64,000 nucleotides of DNA, taken from positions 9,101 through 73,100 of the forward strand of contig JAOGVT010000003.1 in assembly GCA_028110365.1 (NCBI GenBank). Direction: 5' to 3'. Positions 8,976 to 19,135 of the stretch are shown one piece after another. Numbering within the stretch: the first letter of the stretch is position 1; the number at the start of each line of letters is the position of its first letter. Under the pieces are notes generated by a model. It did not search any database, was not told where the DNA came from, and saw nothing but the letters and a program-made list of their open reading frames with translations. This DNA comes from Flavobacteriales bacterium (GTDB lineage: Bacteria; Bacteroidota; Bacteroidia; Flavobacteriales; UBA7430). The position numbers and the translations under genes were made by a program.

Positions 8976-11413
8976 TTTTTGGGGAAGCAACATACATTGA
9001 TGTAATTCTTCCTTTACCATTAAAGCAAAAATTCACCTATCAAGTTGGAGACGAACATGTTTCTCTACTTGAAGTTGGGGTTAGAGTTGCTGTACCTTTT
9101 GGTCGCTCTAAAATTTACGCTGGTTTAGTGGATGCCATCCATAATACAAAACCTGAATATGAAGTCAAGTTTGTTATTGACGTTCTCGATCAATACCCTA
9201 TTGCTTCCTCCACTCACTTAAGTTTTTGGCAATGGATAGCAGATTATTATATGTGTTCACTTGGAGAAGTGATGAATTCTGCGCTTCCGTCCTCCTTTAA
9301 ACTCGCGAATGAAACTTACATTGTTATTCATCCTCTTTGGGATGAAGACACGACTAAATTAAGCGATTCTGAATATTTAATTATGGATGCATTACTGTTG
9401 CATAAAAGATTAAAAATTCAAGAAATTACTCAAATACTTCAACGAAAAACCATTCTACCATTTGTAAAAAAAATGCAGGATTTAAAGTTGGTTGAAATTG
9501 AAGAAGAAATTCGCGAACGTTTTAAGCCGAAACTCAGAAAAATGATGCGTTTGTGCGATGGCGTCCATCCAAAAAAAGCGCAATTAATTTTTAAATCTCA
9601 CAGGCATTCGCCTAAACAAGAAGAATTTTTAAACCTTTTTTTAGCTGAATCTAAAGCTGAAATTCCCTTTCATGTTTTCTGCAAGCAACACGGCTTTAGT
9701 ACCGCTATTGTAAAAGCTTTGGTAGCCAAAGGAATTATTCATCTTTACGATCTTGAAATTAACAGATTGGAACAAGCTGAAATTTCTAGTACTCCTTTAG
9801 CTCTTTTAAATGAAGAACAAAATCGGGCTTTAGAAAATTTAAAATCACCTTCCAAACGTGTGAATTTACTTCACGGTGTAACTTCGAGTGGAAAAACAGA
9901 AGTCTACATTCATTTGATAAAGCAGGCTATTGATACTGGAAAGCAAGTATTGTTTTTAGTTCCTGAAATAGCTCTAACAACCCAATTAGTTTCAAGATTA
10001 AAACATGCGTTTGGCGATTTAATTGGTGTTTATCATTCTCGATTTGGAATGAACGAAAGAGCAGAATTATGGCGTGATGTTAAAAGTAACTTACGTTTTC
10101 CAATTATTATAGGTGCTCGTTCTTCCGTTTTCTTGCCGTTTGAAGACTTAGGTTTAATTATCGTAGACGAAGAGCATGAGCCTTCTTTTAAACAGCAAGA
10201 TCCCGCGCCCAGATATCAGGCCAGAGATGTAGCTGTTTACATGGGGCATCATTACAAGGCTAGTGTTCTTTTAGGTACAGCAACTCCCTCTTTAGAAACG
10301 GCATACAATGTGCATAAAGGCAAATACGGAGTTGTTTTTTTAAAAGAAAGATTTGGTGGATTTAGCCTACCTAAAGTTCACATTGTAGACATTGCGCATG
10401 CATACAAAAGAAAGCGAATGAATGGCCATTTTTCTGAAGCTCTTCTCACTTCCATGCAAGAAACATTCGATAGAGGTGAACAAGTATTGTTATTTCAAAA
10501 TAGGAGAGGTTATGCGCCTCAACAAGAATGTCAATCTTGTGGTCATGTTCCGCAATGCAAACATTGTGATGTTAGCTTAACCTACCATAAAAGCTCTAGA
10601 AACATTCGCTGTCATTATTGCGGATATTCAGAAAAAGTTACTTCTCATTGTAAAAGTTGTTCTAAGCAAGATGTGAAGTTAAAAGGTTTTGGTACCGAAA
10701 AAATTGAAGATGAATTAAAGGAACTATTCCCAGATCGAGTGATTACTCGAATGGATCTTGATACCACACGTAAGAAAAATGCTTACGAGACTATTTTAAA
10801 TGCTTTTGAAGAGCAAGAAATTGATGTTTTGGTTGGAACCCAAATGATATCTAAAGGTTTAGACTTTAGTTCTGTCGGTTTGGTTGGTGTTTTAAGTGCA
10901 GACCAAATGTTAAACTTCCCAGATTTTAGAGCCTTTGAGAGGGCTTTTCAAATGCTTTGTCAAGTTTCGGGTAGAGCGGGTCGTAAAAAAGCTGACAGCG
11001 AGGTTATCATTCAAACTTTTCAACCCAATCATGAAGTTTTAAAATTAGTGGAAAATCACGATTACACTAAATTGCTAAAAAGTCAATTAGTAGAGCGGCA
11101 GTCGTTTCGATACCCACCTTATTTTAAACTTATTCATATTACTGTAAGGCATCGGAATAGAAGAACCGTAGACCAAGCCTCATTTTTATTAGCGAATTCG
11201 TTGCGTAGTGTTTTTGAGCATCGTATTCTGGGTCCGGAATACCCTGCATTAGATAGAATGAAAGGTTATTATCAAAAACAAATTTTAGTAAAAGTTGAGC
11301 ACAGTCTATCTTACCCAGATTCAAAAGAAAAGCTGAATCGTTTTGTAAATGCTGTATTGTCTCAAGTTTCTTTAAGAGGTACTAAAATCAGAGTAGACGT
11401 CGATCCGAATTAA
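8972..11413 (+). CDS. priA: Primosomal protein N' (replication restart helicase)
   Basis: HGVTSSGKT, DEEH, four CXXC motifs, C-terminal VDVDP; TTG start overlapping the upstream stop. Confidence 0.96.
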   Translation: MIFGEATYIDVILPLPLKQKFTYQVGDEHVSLLEVGVRVAVPFGRSKIYAGLVDAIHNTKPEYEVKFVIDVLDQYPIASSTHLSFWQWIADYYMCSLGEVMNSALPSSFKLANETYIVIHPLWDEDTTKLSDSEYLIMDALLLHKRLKIQEITQILQRKTILPFVKKMQDLKLVEIEEEIRERFKPKLRKMMRLCDGVHPKKAQLIFKSHRHSPKQEEFLNLFLAESKAEIPFHVFCKQHGFSTAIVKALVAKGIIHLYDLEINRLEQAEISSTPLALLNEEQNRALENLKSPSKRVNLLHGVTSSGKTEVYIHLIKQAIDTGKQVLFLVPEIALTTQLVSRLKHAFGDLIGVYHSRFGMNERAELWRDVKSNLRFPIIIGARSSVFLPFEDLGLIIVDEEHEPSFKQQDPAPRYQARDVAVYMGHHYKASVLLGTATPSLETAYNVHKGKYGVVFLKERFGGFSLPKVHIVDIAHAYKRKRMNGHFSEALLTSMQETFDRGEQVLLFQNRRGYAPQQECQSCGHVPQCKHCDVSLTYHKSSRNIRCHYCGYSEKVTSHCKSCSKQDVKLKGFGTEKIEDELKELFPDRVITRMDLDTTRKKNAYETILNAFEEQEIDVLVGTQMISKGLDFSSVGLVGVLSADQMLNFPDFRAFERAFQMLCQVSGRAGRKKADSEVIIQTFQPNHEVLKLVENHDYTKLLKSQLVERQSFRYPPYFKLIHITVRHRNRRTVDQASFLLANSLRSVFEHRILGPEYPALDRMKGYYQKQILVKVEHSLSYPDSKEKLNRFVNAVLSQVSLRGTKIRVDVDPN

Positions 11414-11416
11414 AAA

Positions 11417-12595
11417 TCAATGTTTTTCACACAAAATCAATTTCGGTTTTTCATCAACTAAAGTGGTGGCAAAAATATAATTGATCCCTCCATCTTTCAA
11501 TTTTAGTTTTCTTTTTAAATCTGCTATTTTTTGAGGGAAATTTCTACAGGCTAAATTGCCTGTTCCAAATTCGTGCTTTTCAAGTGTTTTTCTGTCAGCA
11601 GGTATTACTGCCCGTATTTTAAACGTTCGACCTGGAAAGTCTTTTACTAAATGGTTTGATGTATAGAGATGAGAGTTATTATGTAATTTAAATAGCCGGA
11701 ATTTAACTCCAATAGATTTAAACGCTCCAGCTTTCATTAGGCTAGAATTTGGCTCGTATAAATAGGTAAGAGGAAGCGAGTAATTTACAGAAGAATTTTG
11801 CTCGTCTAAATAATTAAAATTAAAAACGGAGTGCAACGAAGTCTTTAAATTTGTAGCTATTATTTTCGCATTTTTAGTATACCCATTTTCAAGTAAATAC
11901 AAAACTTCTTTACAGTCGTTATTAACCGATAAAACATGAACTTCTTTTACGCAATCTAAATCTTTAAGTGTTTGTTGAATGTCTAATAATGGCGCTGTTT
12001 TAATTAAGATCGTATTTGCTTTTTGAAACAATAATTTTTTAAGATCAATAACATTTGGCTCGCAATCTTTCAAACGATAAACGCGCTCACCTTGCTTTCT
12101 TCGAGCAGGGTCAATAAAAATCCAATCTAGTTTTTTTTGTTTTTTTAAGCAAGCCAATCCATCTCCCATAAATACCTCAATATTTGAGACTTTAAAGGCG
12201 TTAAAATTTTCTTTAGCTAGTTTTGCTAAAGGCGCATTTCTTTCGCAATAAATGACGTGTTTCGCTTTTTTTGAGAATGCAAACGTATCAACACCAAATC
12301 CTCCAGTTAGATCAATACCTTTTCCATTTCCAACTAAATTTGATTTGTAGTTTGCTGTATTTTCAGATGAGCATTGCTCTAGTGAAAGACGAACAGGGTA
12401 TTGAGCTAGGTGGTTGTTAAACCAAGAGGGTAGTTTTTTTTTAGCAATTTGTTTTCCAATAAGTTGTTGCGCAATTAATTTCATATCCCATTGTGGATAT
12501 TTGGATGCTTGTAACATCAAATCGGCAGCTGTGGAGTGCAGCTGCCGATTTATAAACTCTTGAATTTCCTTTGTAATTACACTCATTAAATACAC
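11417..12595 (-). CDS. Class I SAM-dependent methyltransferase with THUMP-like domain
   Basis: SLEQCSSE, DLTGGFGVD, DPARR, YLYEPN. Confidence 0.85.
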   Translation of the reverse strand: MYLMSVITKEIQEFINRQLHSTAADLMLQASKYPQWDMKLIAQQLIGKQIAKKKLPSWFNNHLAQYPVRLSLEQCSSENTANYKSNLVGNGKGIDLTGGFGVDTFAFSKKAKHVIYCERNAPLAKLAKENFNAFKVSNIEVFMGDGLACLKKQKKLDWIFIDPARRKQGERVYRLKDCEPNVIDLKKLLFQKANTILIKTAPLLDIQQTLKDLDCVKEVHVLSVNNDCKEVLYLLENGYTKNAKIIATNLKTSLHSVFNFNYLDEQNSSVNYSLPLTYLYEPNSSLMKAGAFKSIGVKFRLFKLHNNSHLYTSNHLVKDFPGRTFKIRAVIPADRKTLEKHEFGTGNLACRNFPQKIADLKRKLKLKDGGINYIFATTLVDEKPKLILCEKH

Positions 12596-12598
12596 GCA

Positions 12599-13006
12599 TT
12601 AATTAATGTCATTCTCGGCAAAGATAAGTAGCAAAATAATAGCTCCTAAAGATGAAGTTGCACCCTGTACAAGTCGCCTTTTTTTCTTCTTTTTAGCGCC
12701 GTATTTAAAACCATTGTAATAGTCTTTATTGGAGTATAAATAATCGTTATTTGGGTTCATTTGTTTCGTTAATCGATAATCTTTAGGATCACACATAAAA
12801 CTAATTACAGCAGGTATATAATACGTGGGTAAACTAACAAAACCTACTAAGCAATCAGTTGTTCCGTCATAAAATAATTCAGCATCAATAACCCCTTGAT
12901 TAAAATCCTTGTAAACAATGGAATCGTTAAAAATACGATTGTGATTTCTAATTTGAGAAAAACCTACTAAGGGCCATATAAATAAAAGTAAAATTAGATT
13001 TTTCAT
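12599..13006 (-). CDS. Hypothetical exported/membrane protein
   Basis: Likely start MKNLILLL at 13006, 1 nt after the upstream stop; signal peptide; basic stretch then C-terminal hydrophobic helix. Confidence 0.7.
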   Translation of the reverse strand: MKNLILLLFIWPLVGFSQIRNHNRIFNDSIVYKDFNQGVIDAELFYDGTTDCLVGFVSLPTYYIPAVISFMCDPKDYRLTKQMNPNNDYLYSNKDYYNGFKYGAKKKKKRRLVQGATSSLGAIILLLIFAENDIN

Positions 13007-13007
13007 G

Positions 13008-13583
13008 CTATTTAGCCATATTAAATCCAACAGTTATTGTAAAACGATGGCCAGACTTTTCAGTCTCAGTAATAGTATTACCTTCATTATCAACATAATC
13101 ATTCTTTCTTGAATTTGAAGGCACCCATGCAATATTAACTGGGATGTTTATATTTCCAAAATTGAAAGATTTCCCAAATCCAACAACCATGGCAGCTCCA
13201 TTAACGGATAAATTAGGGCCTACTGCAAGCTCCCATGCAGCTTTATTTCTTACACCAAACATTCCACTTACGCTTGGTAAAAATAAGCCTTGGTCAAGTC
13301 CACCTATAAAAAGAATTCCTTCAACAATTCCTGCAATTTCATCATTACCTACAATTTGCTTTTCAAACTGATATCCAAATTGAGAAATCAAATTAGAGGT
13401 AACACCTTCTTTTTCTAACTCCTTAGTTAATTTTCCATTTGTAATATAGGTAAGCCCAAACCTAGGGCCTGAATTTTTTTGAACTTGTGAATCATAATTA
13501 GCAGCATTAGTACTTGAGTATTGAATTTGGGCCGAACTTTGAAAGGCTGTAAGTACAAGTAATATTAAAAGTAATCTTTTCAT
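13008..13583 (-). CDS. Hypothetical outer-membrane beta-barrel-like protein
   Basis: Likely start MKRLLL at 13583; signal peptide SSA-Q; amphipathic strands; C-terminal FTITVGFN. Confidence 0.65.
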   Translation of the reverse strand: MKRLLLILLVLTAFQSSAQIQYSSTNAANYDSQVQKNSGPRFGLTYITNGKLTKELEKEGVTSNLISQFGYQFEKQIVGNDEIAGIVEGILFIGGLDQGLFLPSVSGMFGVRNKAAWELAVGPNLSVNGAAMVVGFGKSFNFGNINIPVNIAWVPSNSRKNDYVDNEGNTITETEKSGHRFTITVGFNMAK

Positions 13584-13593
13584 GATGTATTTT

Positions 13594-14247
13594 TTAGTTA
13601 GTAAATGCGTATTGCAAAATATTTGCACCCATTTTGAGGGCTAATCTACGAATATTTTGACTATCGTTGTGAACTTCTTCGTCTTCCCATCCATCACCTA
13701 AATCACTTTCATAAGAATAGTAACAGATTAACCTACCCTCATGAATTAGACCGTAACCTCTAGAAGGCTGCATGTCGTGTTCATGAATTTTAGGAAGTCC
13801 ATTTTCAAAATTGTAGGTTTGATGATAGATCGGATGCGAGAAAGGGAGTTCTATAAAGTTAAGTTCAGGGAATACTTTTTTCATTTCGGGTCTTATATAA
13901 GAATCCATACCATAATTGTCATCTATATGAAGAAAACCTCCAGCCAATAAATACGATCTTAAGTTTTCAACTTCATCACTAGAAAAAACAACATTTCCAT
14001 GACCTGTCATATGAACAAAAGGGTATTGGTATAATTCACTACTCGCAACATCTACCACATCGTATGTTGGGTCAATATTTAAATTTAAATTTGAGGAACA
14101 AAATTGAATAAGATTGGTGAGGGAACTAGGGTTTGCATACCAATCTCCACCACCATTGTATTTTAGCACTGCAATTTTACAACTGTAATTGGTAAATGCA
14201 AAACTCAAAGGGAGTAGAAGTAGGAGTAGGAATTTAATTTTTTTCAT
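13594..14247 (-). CDS. DUF4159 family protein
   Basis: KYNGGGDWY, HMTGHG, GGFLHIDDNYG, ESDLGDGWED. Confidence 0.85.
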   Translation of the reverse strand: MKKIKFLLLLLLPLSFAFTNYSCKIAVLKYNGGGDWYANPSSLTNLIQFCSSNLNLNIDPTYDVVDVASSELYQYPFVHMTGHGNVVFSSDEVENLRSYLLAGGFLHIDDNYGMDSYIRPEMKKVFPELNFIELPFSHPIYHQTYNFENGLPKIHEHDMQPSRGYGLIHEGRLICYYSYESDLGDGWEDEEVHNDSQNIRRLALKMGANILQYAFTN

Positions 14248-14932
14248 AATGCAATGCTATAGTATTGCAGGCTACTAAACCTGCTGTTTCAGTTCTTAAT
14301 CTTGAATTGCCTAAACTTACCGCTTTGTAATTCTGTTTTAAAGCTAGGTCAATTTCAGTACTCGTAAAATCACCTTCTGGACCAATCAAAACAACATTGT
14401 TAGTGGAGATTACATTTTTTAAATAGGTTTTATCTTCCTCTTTACAATGCGCTATAAAACAGCTGGACTCTTGCTTGGTTGAAACAAATTCTTTAAAAGT
14501 TTGTATGGGATTCAGTTTAGGTACTTTTGCTTTAAGCGATTGTTTTGTAGCAGAAAGAATAATCTTCATTAAACGTTCGTGTTTTATAATTCTGCGTTCG
14601 GAGTTTTGGCATACAATGGGGGTTATTTCAGCCACACCAATTTCAGTCGCTTTCTCCAAAAACCATTCCAAGCGATCATTGTTTTTTGTGGGTGCAATGG
14701 CAATATGAAGAGAATAATCGGACTCTTTTTCGCGCCAAGTTTTTTGGATAGTAAAGGAAACTTTCTTTTGAGAAGCTATGGTTATTACAACTTCATAAAA
14801 CTTGCCCTGACCGTCTATTAAGTTTATAAGGTCTCCTTCTGTTTTTCGGAGAACTTTTATACAATGCTTGCTTTCCTCACTATTTAAATAGCAGGCATCG
14901 TTTAAAACATCTGGACAGTAGAATAATTGCAT
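14234..14932 (-). CDS. rsmE: 16S rRNA m3U1498 methyltransferase
   Basis: HCIKVLR, LEKATEIG, IGPEGDF, SLGNSRLRTETAG. Confidence 0.96.
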   Translation of the reverse strand: MQLFYCPDVLNDACYLNSEESKHCIKVLRKTEGDLINLIDGQGKFYEVVITIASQKKVSFTIQKTWREKESDYSLHIAIAPTKNNDRLEWFLEKATEIGVAEITPIVCQNSERRIIKHERLMKIILSATKQSLKAKVPKLNPIQTFKEFVSTKQESSCFIAHCKEEDKTYLKNVISTNNVVLIGPEGDFTSTEIDLALKQNYKAVSLGNSRLRTETAGLVACNTIALHYEKN

Positions 14933-14943
14933 AGCACGAAATT

Positions 14944-14973
14944 AAAAAAAAGACTTTCAAATGAAAGTCTTTT
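14944..14973 (-). terminator. Intrinsic terminator after pckA
   Basis: AAAAGACTTTCA/TGAAAGTCTTTT stem with T-run on the minus strand. Confidence 0.8.
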
Positions 14974-14977
14974 AGGT

Positions 14978-16594
14978 TTAATTAATTTTAATGTGCTGCT
15001 TTGGAACTGCAGCTAAAATCTCTGGACTGGCATCATCAGCATACTGAGCGAAATTATCATAAAATGCTGTAGCTAATTTATTTGCTTTACGATCGTACGC
15101 GTTTTTGTCAATCCAAGTATTCCTTGGGAAAAGCAATTCGGTAGGCACATTTGGACATTCATTTGGCATATTCAAATCAAATACTTCATGCTTTGTATAG
15201 TCAACAAAATCTAATTCACCATTTAATGCAGCACTAATCATTGCTCTGGTATATTTTAATTTAATTCGTGAACCTGATCCATATTCACCACCAGACCAAC
15301 CTGTATTAATCAACCAAAAGTTTACATCATTTTTCGCCATTTTTTCACCAAGCATTTTAGCATAAAAAGTAGGGTGTAATGGCATAAATGGAGCGCCAAA
15401 ACAAGCCGAAAAAGTTGTTTGAGGCTCTGTAACACCAGCTTCTGTTCCGGCTACTTTAGCTGTGTATCCAGATATAAAATGGAACATAGCTTGCCCAGGG
15501 CTTAACTTTGAAATAGGTGGCAATACACCATAGGCATCGCAGGTTAAAAAGAATACATTTTTTGGAGTTGGACCAGTAGACGGGGTTTGTATGTTTCTAA
15601 TATGATTTATTGGGTAACTTACTCTAGTGTTTTCTGTTTTAGAGCCATCTTTATAATTTGGTTTATTTGTTCCTGGATAAAAAGTTATGTTTTCTAAAAG
15701 AGCGCCTTTTTTTATTGCGTTGTAAATATCAGGCTCGTTCTCTTCAGTTAAATTTATGCATTTGGCATAGCAACCACCTTCAAAATTAAAAACTTGCTGA
15801 TCTGACCATCCATGTTCATCATCACCAATTAAATTTCTTTCTGGATCTGCAGATAATGTTGTTTTTCCCGTTCCGGAAAGACCAAAAAATAGGGCAGTAT
15901 CTCCCTGTTTACCAACATTTGCTGAGCAGTGCATTGAGAGTACTTGTTTTTGGTAAGGAAGTATAAAGTTTAAGGCAGAAAAAACCCCTTTCTTTATTTC
16001 ACCTGTATAACCTGTTCCTCCAATTAAAATAATTTTTTTGTTAAAACTTAAAATGGCAAAATTAGGCTGTCTTGTTCCGTCAATTTCAGGATTTGCCTTA
16101 AATCCAGGAGCATTTATTACAGTCCATTCAGATTTGAAATTAAGAATTTCTTCATTTGATGGTCTTATAAACATGGTGTCTGAAAATAAATTTGCCCAAG
16201 GATGCTCATTTACTACAGTAATTGACAGTCTGTGAGATTCTCCTGCACATGCAAATGCATTCCTTGCGTATATTTCTTTTTCAGATAGGTAATCGGTCAC
16301 CTTAGAATAAAGAGCGTCAAACTTTGATTCTTGAAAAGGTATGTTAATATCTCCCCACCAAACAGTGTCTTGAGTAGTAGCATCTTTTACAATAAATCTA
16401 TCTTTGGGTGATCTTCCTGTAAATTCTCCTGTGTCTATGGCTAGAGCTCCTGTGTCAGAATAAATCCCTAGTTTTTTATCTACAGAGATTTTAGCCAATT
16501 CTGAGGAGGATAAATTCCATTGAACTTTTGAATTTTTGATTCCAAAATCATTCACTGATTGTTGTGTTGGTTTTTTTCCTAATTCAATATTCAT
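14978..16594 (-). CDS. pckA: Phosphoenolpyruvate carboxykinase (ATP)
   Basis: TGRSPKD, GLSGTGKTTLS, LIGDDEHGW, FSACFGAPF. Confidence 0.97.
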   Translation of the reverse strand: MNIELGKKPTQQSVNDFGIKNSKVQWNLSSSELAKISVDKKLGIYSDTGALAIDTGEFTGRSPKDRFIVKDATTQDTVWWGDINIPFQESKFDALYSKVTDYLSEKEIYARNAFACAGESHRLSITVVNEHPWANLFSDTMFIRPSNEEILNFKSEWTVINAPGFKANPEIDGTRQPNFAILSFNKKIILIGGTGYTGEIKKGVFSALNFILPYQKQVLSMHCSANVGKQGDTALFFGLSGTGKTTLSADPERNLIGDDEHGWSDQQVFNFEGGCYAKCINLTEENEPDIYNAIKKGALLENITFYPGTNKPNYKDGSKTENTRVSYPINHIRNIQTPSTGPTPKNVFFLTCDAYGVLPPISKLSPGQAMFHFISGYTAKVAGTEAGVTEPQTTFSACFGAPFMPLHPTFYAKMLGEKMAKNDVNFWLINTGWSGGEYGSGSRIKLKYTRAMISAALNGELDFVDYTKHEVFDLNMPNECPNVPTELLFPRNTWIDKNAYDRKANKLATAFYDNFAQYADDASPEILAAVPKQHIKIN

Positions 16595-16657
16595 TGTATA
16601 TTATTTAGTTAAATACTTTATGTGTCAATGTAAAAATGCGTCAGATTAACACTAAAT

Positions 16658-16686
16658 AAAAAACTCTCACAGTTATGTGAGAGTTT
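16658..16686 (-). terminator. Intrinsic terminator
   Basis: AAACTCTCACA/TGTGAGAGTTT stem with T-run. Confidence 0.75.
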
Positions 16687-16693
16687 AGTTAAT

Positions 16694-17032
16694 TTAATCG
16701 GTTATAAGATGTTGTTGTCGTTCCGTAAAGTCTTCAAGAAGTAGCTTTTTACTTTCCGAGTCAAATAGCAGTTTGTATGTGTCTTGTACCACAGCGAATT
16801 TCATGTTAGGATCTGTAAACAATTCTAAAAATGAATTCATCTGCTCAGCAGACAAACATTCTCTTTTTGCGTAGGCAAGAACTAATTGATAACGTTGTTG
16901 GTCATTTTTCTTAATCGTTAAGGATTTGTATATTAAGTCGAATGTATCTTTTGAAATAGGTTCTTTACAATTTTTAGCTACTAGGGATAAGCTAATTAAA
17001 AACATTATTAAAACTCCTAAAATATTTTTCAT
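16694..17032 (-). CDS. Small exported protein, DUF4476-like
   Basis: Signal peptide; CLSAEQM..FLELF...KF....Y pattern. Confidence 0.6.
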   Translation of the reverse strand: MKNILGVLIMFLISLSLVAKNCKEPISKDTFDLIYKSLTIKKNDQQRYQLVLAYAKRECLSAEQMNSFLELFTDPNMKFAVVQDTYKLLFDSESKKLLLEDFTERQQHLITD

Positions 17033-17112
17033 AAGTTCTGATTTTAATAAATTAATCGTCTACAAATCTATAAAATTTTTACTTTATATTCGCTCTAATT
17101 TAATAGAAGAAC

Positions 17113-18435
17113 ATGACAAAAATTATTTTTATGATAGGAGCAGGTCGTTCTGCATCCTCATTAATACAGTACTTACTCAATGAAGCTGAATCAAACGACT
17201 TTAAATTAATTGTTGGTGATAAAGACTTAACACTAGTTAACGAAAAGATTTTTGGTCATAAAAGAGCAAAGGCGATCAGTTTTGATGTTTTTGATAAACA
17301 GCAAAGGGTTGAAGAAATTTTAAAGGCTGATATTGTAATTTCAATGTTGCCAGCAAATTTACATTTTAAAGTAGCTCAAGATTGCGTTAAATATGGAAAG
17401 AACCTAGTTACGGCATCTTATGTGTCAGATGAAATAAAGTCTTTAGATAGTGAAGCTAAGCAAAAAGGAGTTTTACTTTTAAATGAGATTGGTCTTGATC
17501 CAGGTATCGATCATATGTCTGCCATGAAGATTATTGACTCTATAAAAGCAAAAGGAGGAGAGCTTACCAGTTTTAAGTCTTATTGTGGAGGTCTAGTAGC
17601 TCCAGAATTTGATACCAACCCATGGAGCTATAAGTTTACCTGGAATCCTAGAAACGTCGTTTTAGCGGGGCAAGGTACAGCTCAATATATTGAAAGTGGT
17701 AAATTTAAATACATTCCCTATGGACAGTTGTTTAAAAGAACCGTCTCTTTAAATGTGTTAGATTATGGTACGTTTGAAGCATACGCTAATCGTGATTCTC
17801 TTTCTTACAGAGAAATTTATAAAATTGACAACATACAAACATTGATTAGAGGAACTTTAAGAAGGCCAGGCTATGGAGAGGCCTGGAATGTTTTTGTCCA
17901 ATTAGGGCTAACCGACGATTCTTTTAAAATGGATGTTTCTGGTATGACTTACAGAGACTTCTTTTGTTCTTTTATGGATAAAACAGACCTCAGTATTGAA
18001 GATTATTTAGCGAAACATTTTGGAGCCTCACCCACCGTATTTAAAAAAATTGAATGGTTGGGTATTCTTAATTCAATATCTATTGATCTTGAAATTGCCT
18101 CACCTGCAGAAGTTCTTCAGAAACTGTTAGAAGTTAAATGGGTACTTGCAACAGAGGATAAAGATATGATTGTTATGCAACACCAATTTGAATACATGCA
18201 TAACGGTAAAAAGAAGGAATTACACTCATCCTTTGTCGCATTGGGAGAAGATCAGGTTTATACTGGTATGTCTAAAACTGTAGGTTTGCCTGTAGGAATT
18301 GCTGCTAAATTAATCTTAAATGGAACCATTGCCGGAAGCGGTGTAAAAGTTCCTGTGCGTAAAGATATTTACATTCCAGTATTAGATGAATTGGAAAAAC
18401 ATGGAATACAATTTATTGAAAAAGAAATTCAATAG
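17113..18435 (+). CDS. Saccharopine dehydrogenase family protein
   Basis: GAGRS Rossmann motif, NEIGLDPGIDHMSA, SYCGGL, YKFTWNP. Confidence 0.93.
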   Translation: MTKIIFMIGAGRSASSLIQYLLNEAESNDFKLIVGDKDLTLVNEKIFGHKRAKAISFDVFDKQQRVEEILKADIVISMLPANLHFKVAQDCVKYGKNLVTASYVSDEIKSLDSEAKQKGVLLLNEIGLDPGIDHMSAMKIIDSIKAKGGELTSFKSYCGGLVAPEFDTNPWSYKFTWNPRNVVLAGQGTAQYIESGKFKYIPYGQLFKRTVSLNVLDYGTFEAYANRDSLSYREIYKIDNIQTLIRGTLRRPGYGEAWNVFVQLGLTDDSFKMDVSGMTYRDFFCSFMDKTDLSIEDYLAKHFGASPTVFKKIEWLGILNSISIDLEIASPAEVLQKLLEVKWVLATEDKDMIVMQHQFEYMHNGKKKELHSSFVALGEDQVYTGMSKTVGLPVGIAAKLILNGTIAGSGVKVPVRKDIYIPVLDELEKHGIQFIEKEIQ

Positions 18436-18436
18436 T

Positions 18437-19135
18437 TTACAAATAGAAATCTTGCGTTAGTTCCGTGAAGGCTTTCGTATAGTCTCTTTTTGAGTTGTAT
18501 ATACAGACTTCAGTCTCTTCTGTAGGAAGTGTTTGTTTTGAGAAAAGTAATAATTTTCTTATTATTTTACTTTGATTATTCGACCGAATTAAGGTTTGTT
18601 TTTTCAAATGAAGAGAAGATTCTATACACAGATCTATTAATCTATTTGCTTGATCAGTAGGGAGAACACAAGCATATTCGGCTATGTTTGAGCCAAATTT
18701 AAGCCATAGATCAATCAAATTATTTAAACTCAATGTTCCCTGCTGTCTTGCCTTATTTCTTGCCTCATTATTTGAAATTGATGAGGGGGTAAAGTAAGGA
18801 GGGTTCGAGATGATTAAATCGAATTTAATTTTTGATTCCCAATGATTTGCATTGATTAAACATAAGTTAATTCTATCGAACCACTTACTGTGTTTAACGT
18901 TGTATTTCGCCTGATGGTAAGAATTTTCATCGACTTCTAATCCTGTAACTCTAACTAAATTACTTTTTTGGGCAACCATAAGAGCTAGCAGGCCTGTGCC
19001 GGTTCCAATATCTAAAACGGTTTGACATTCTTTGTTTATGGTAAGCCAAGACCCCAAAAGTATACTGTCCGTGCCAACCTTCATTGCCGATTTGTCTTGA
19101 TGAATTGTGAACTGCTTAAATTTAAAAAAACTCAT
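18437..19135 (-). CDS. tRNA1(Val) A37 N6-methyltransferase (YfiC/TrmN6 family)
   Basis: FKFKQF, MKVGTDSILLG, DIGTGTG, SNPPYF. Confidence 0.9.
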   Translation of the reverse strand: MSFFKFKQFTIHQDKSAMKVGTDSILLGSWLTINKECQTVLDIGTGTGLLALMVAQKSNLVRVTGLEVDENSYHQAKYNVKHSKWFDRINLCLINANHWESKIKFDLIISNPPYFTPSSISNNEARNKARQQGTLSLNNLIDLWLKFGSNIAEYACVLPTDQANRLIDLCIESSLHLKKQTLIRSNNQSKIIRKLLLFSKQTLPTEETEVCIYNSKRDYTKAFTELTQDFYL

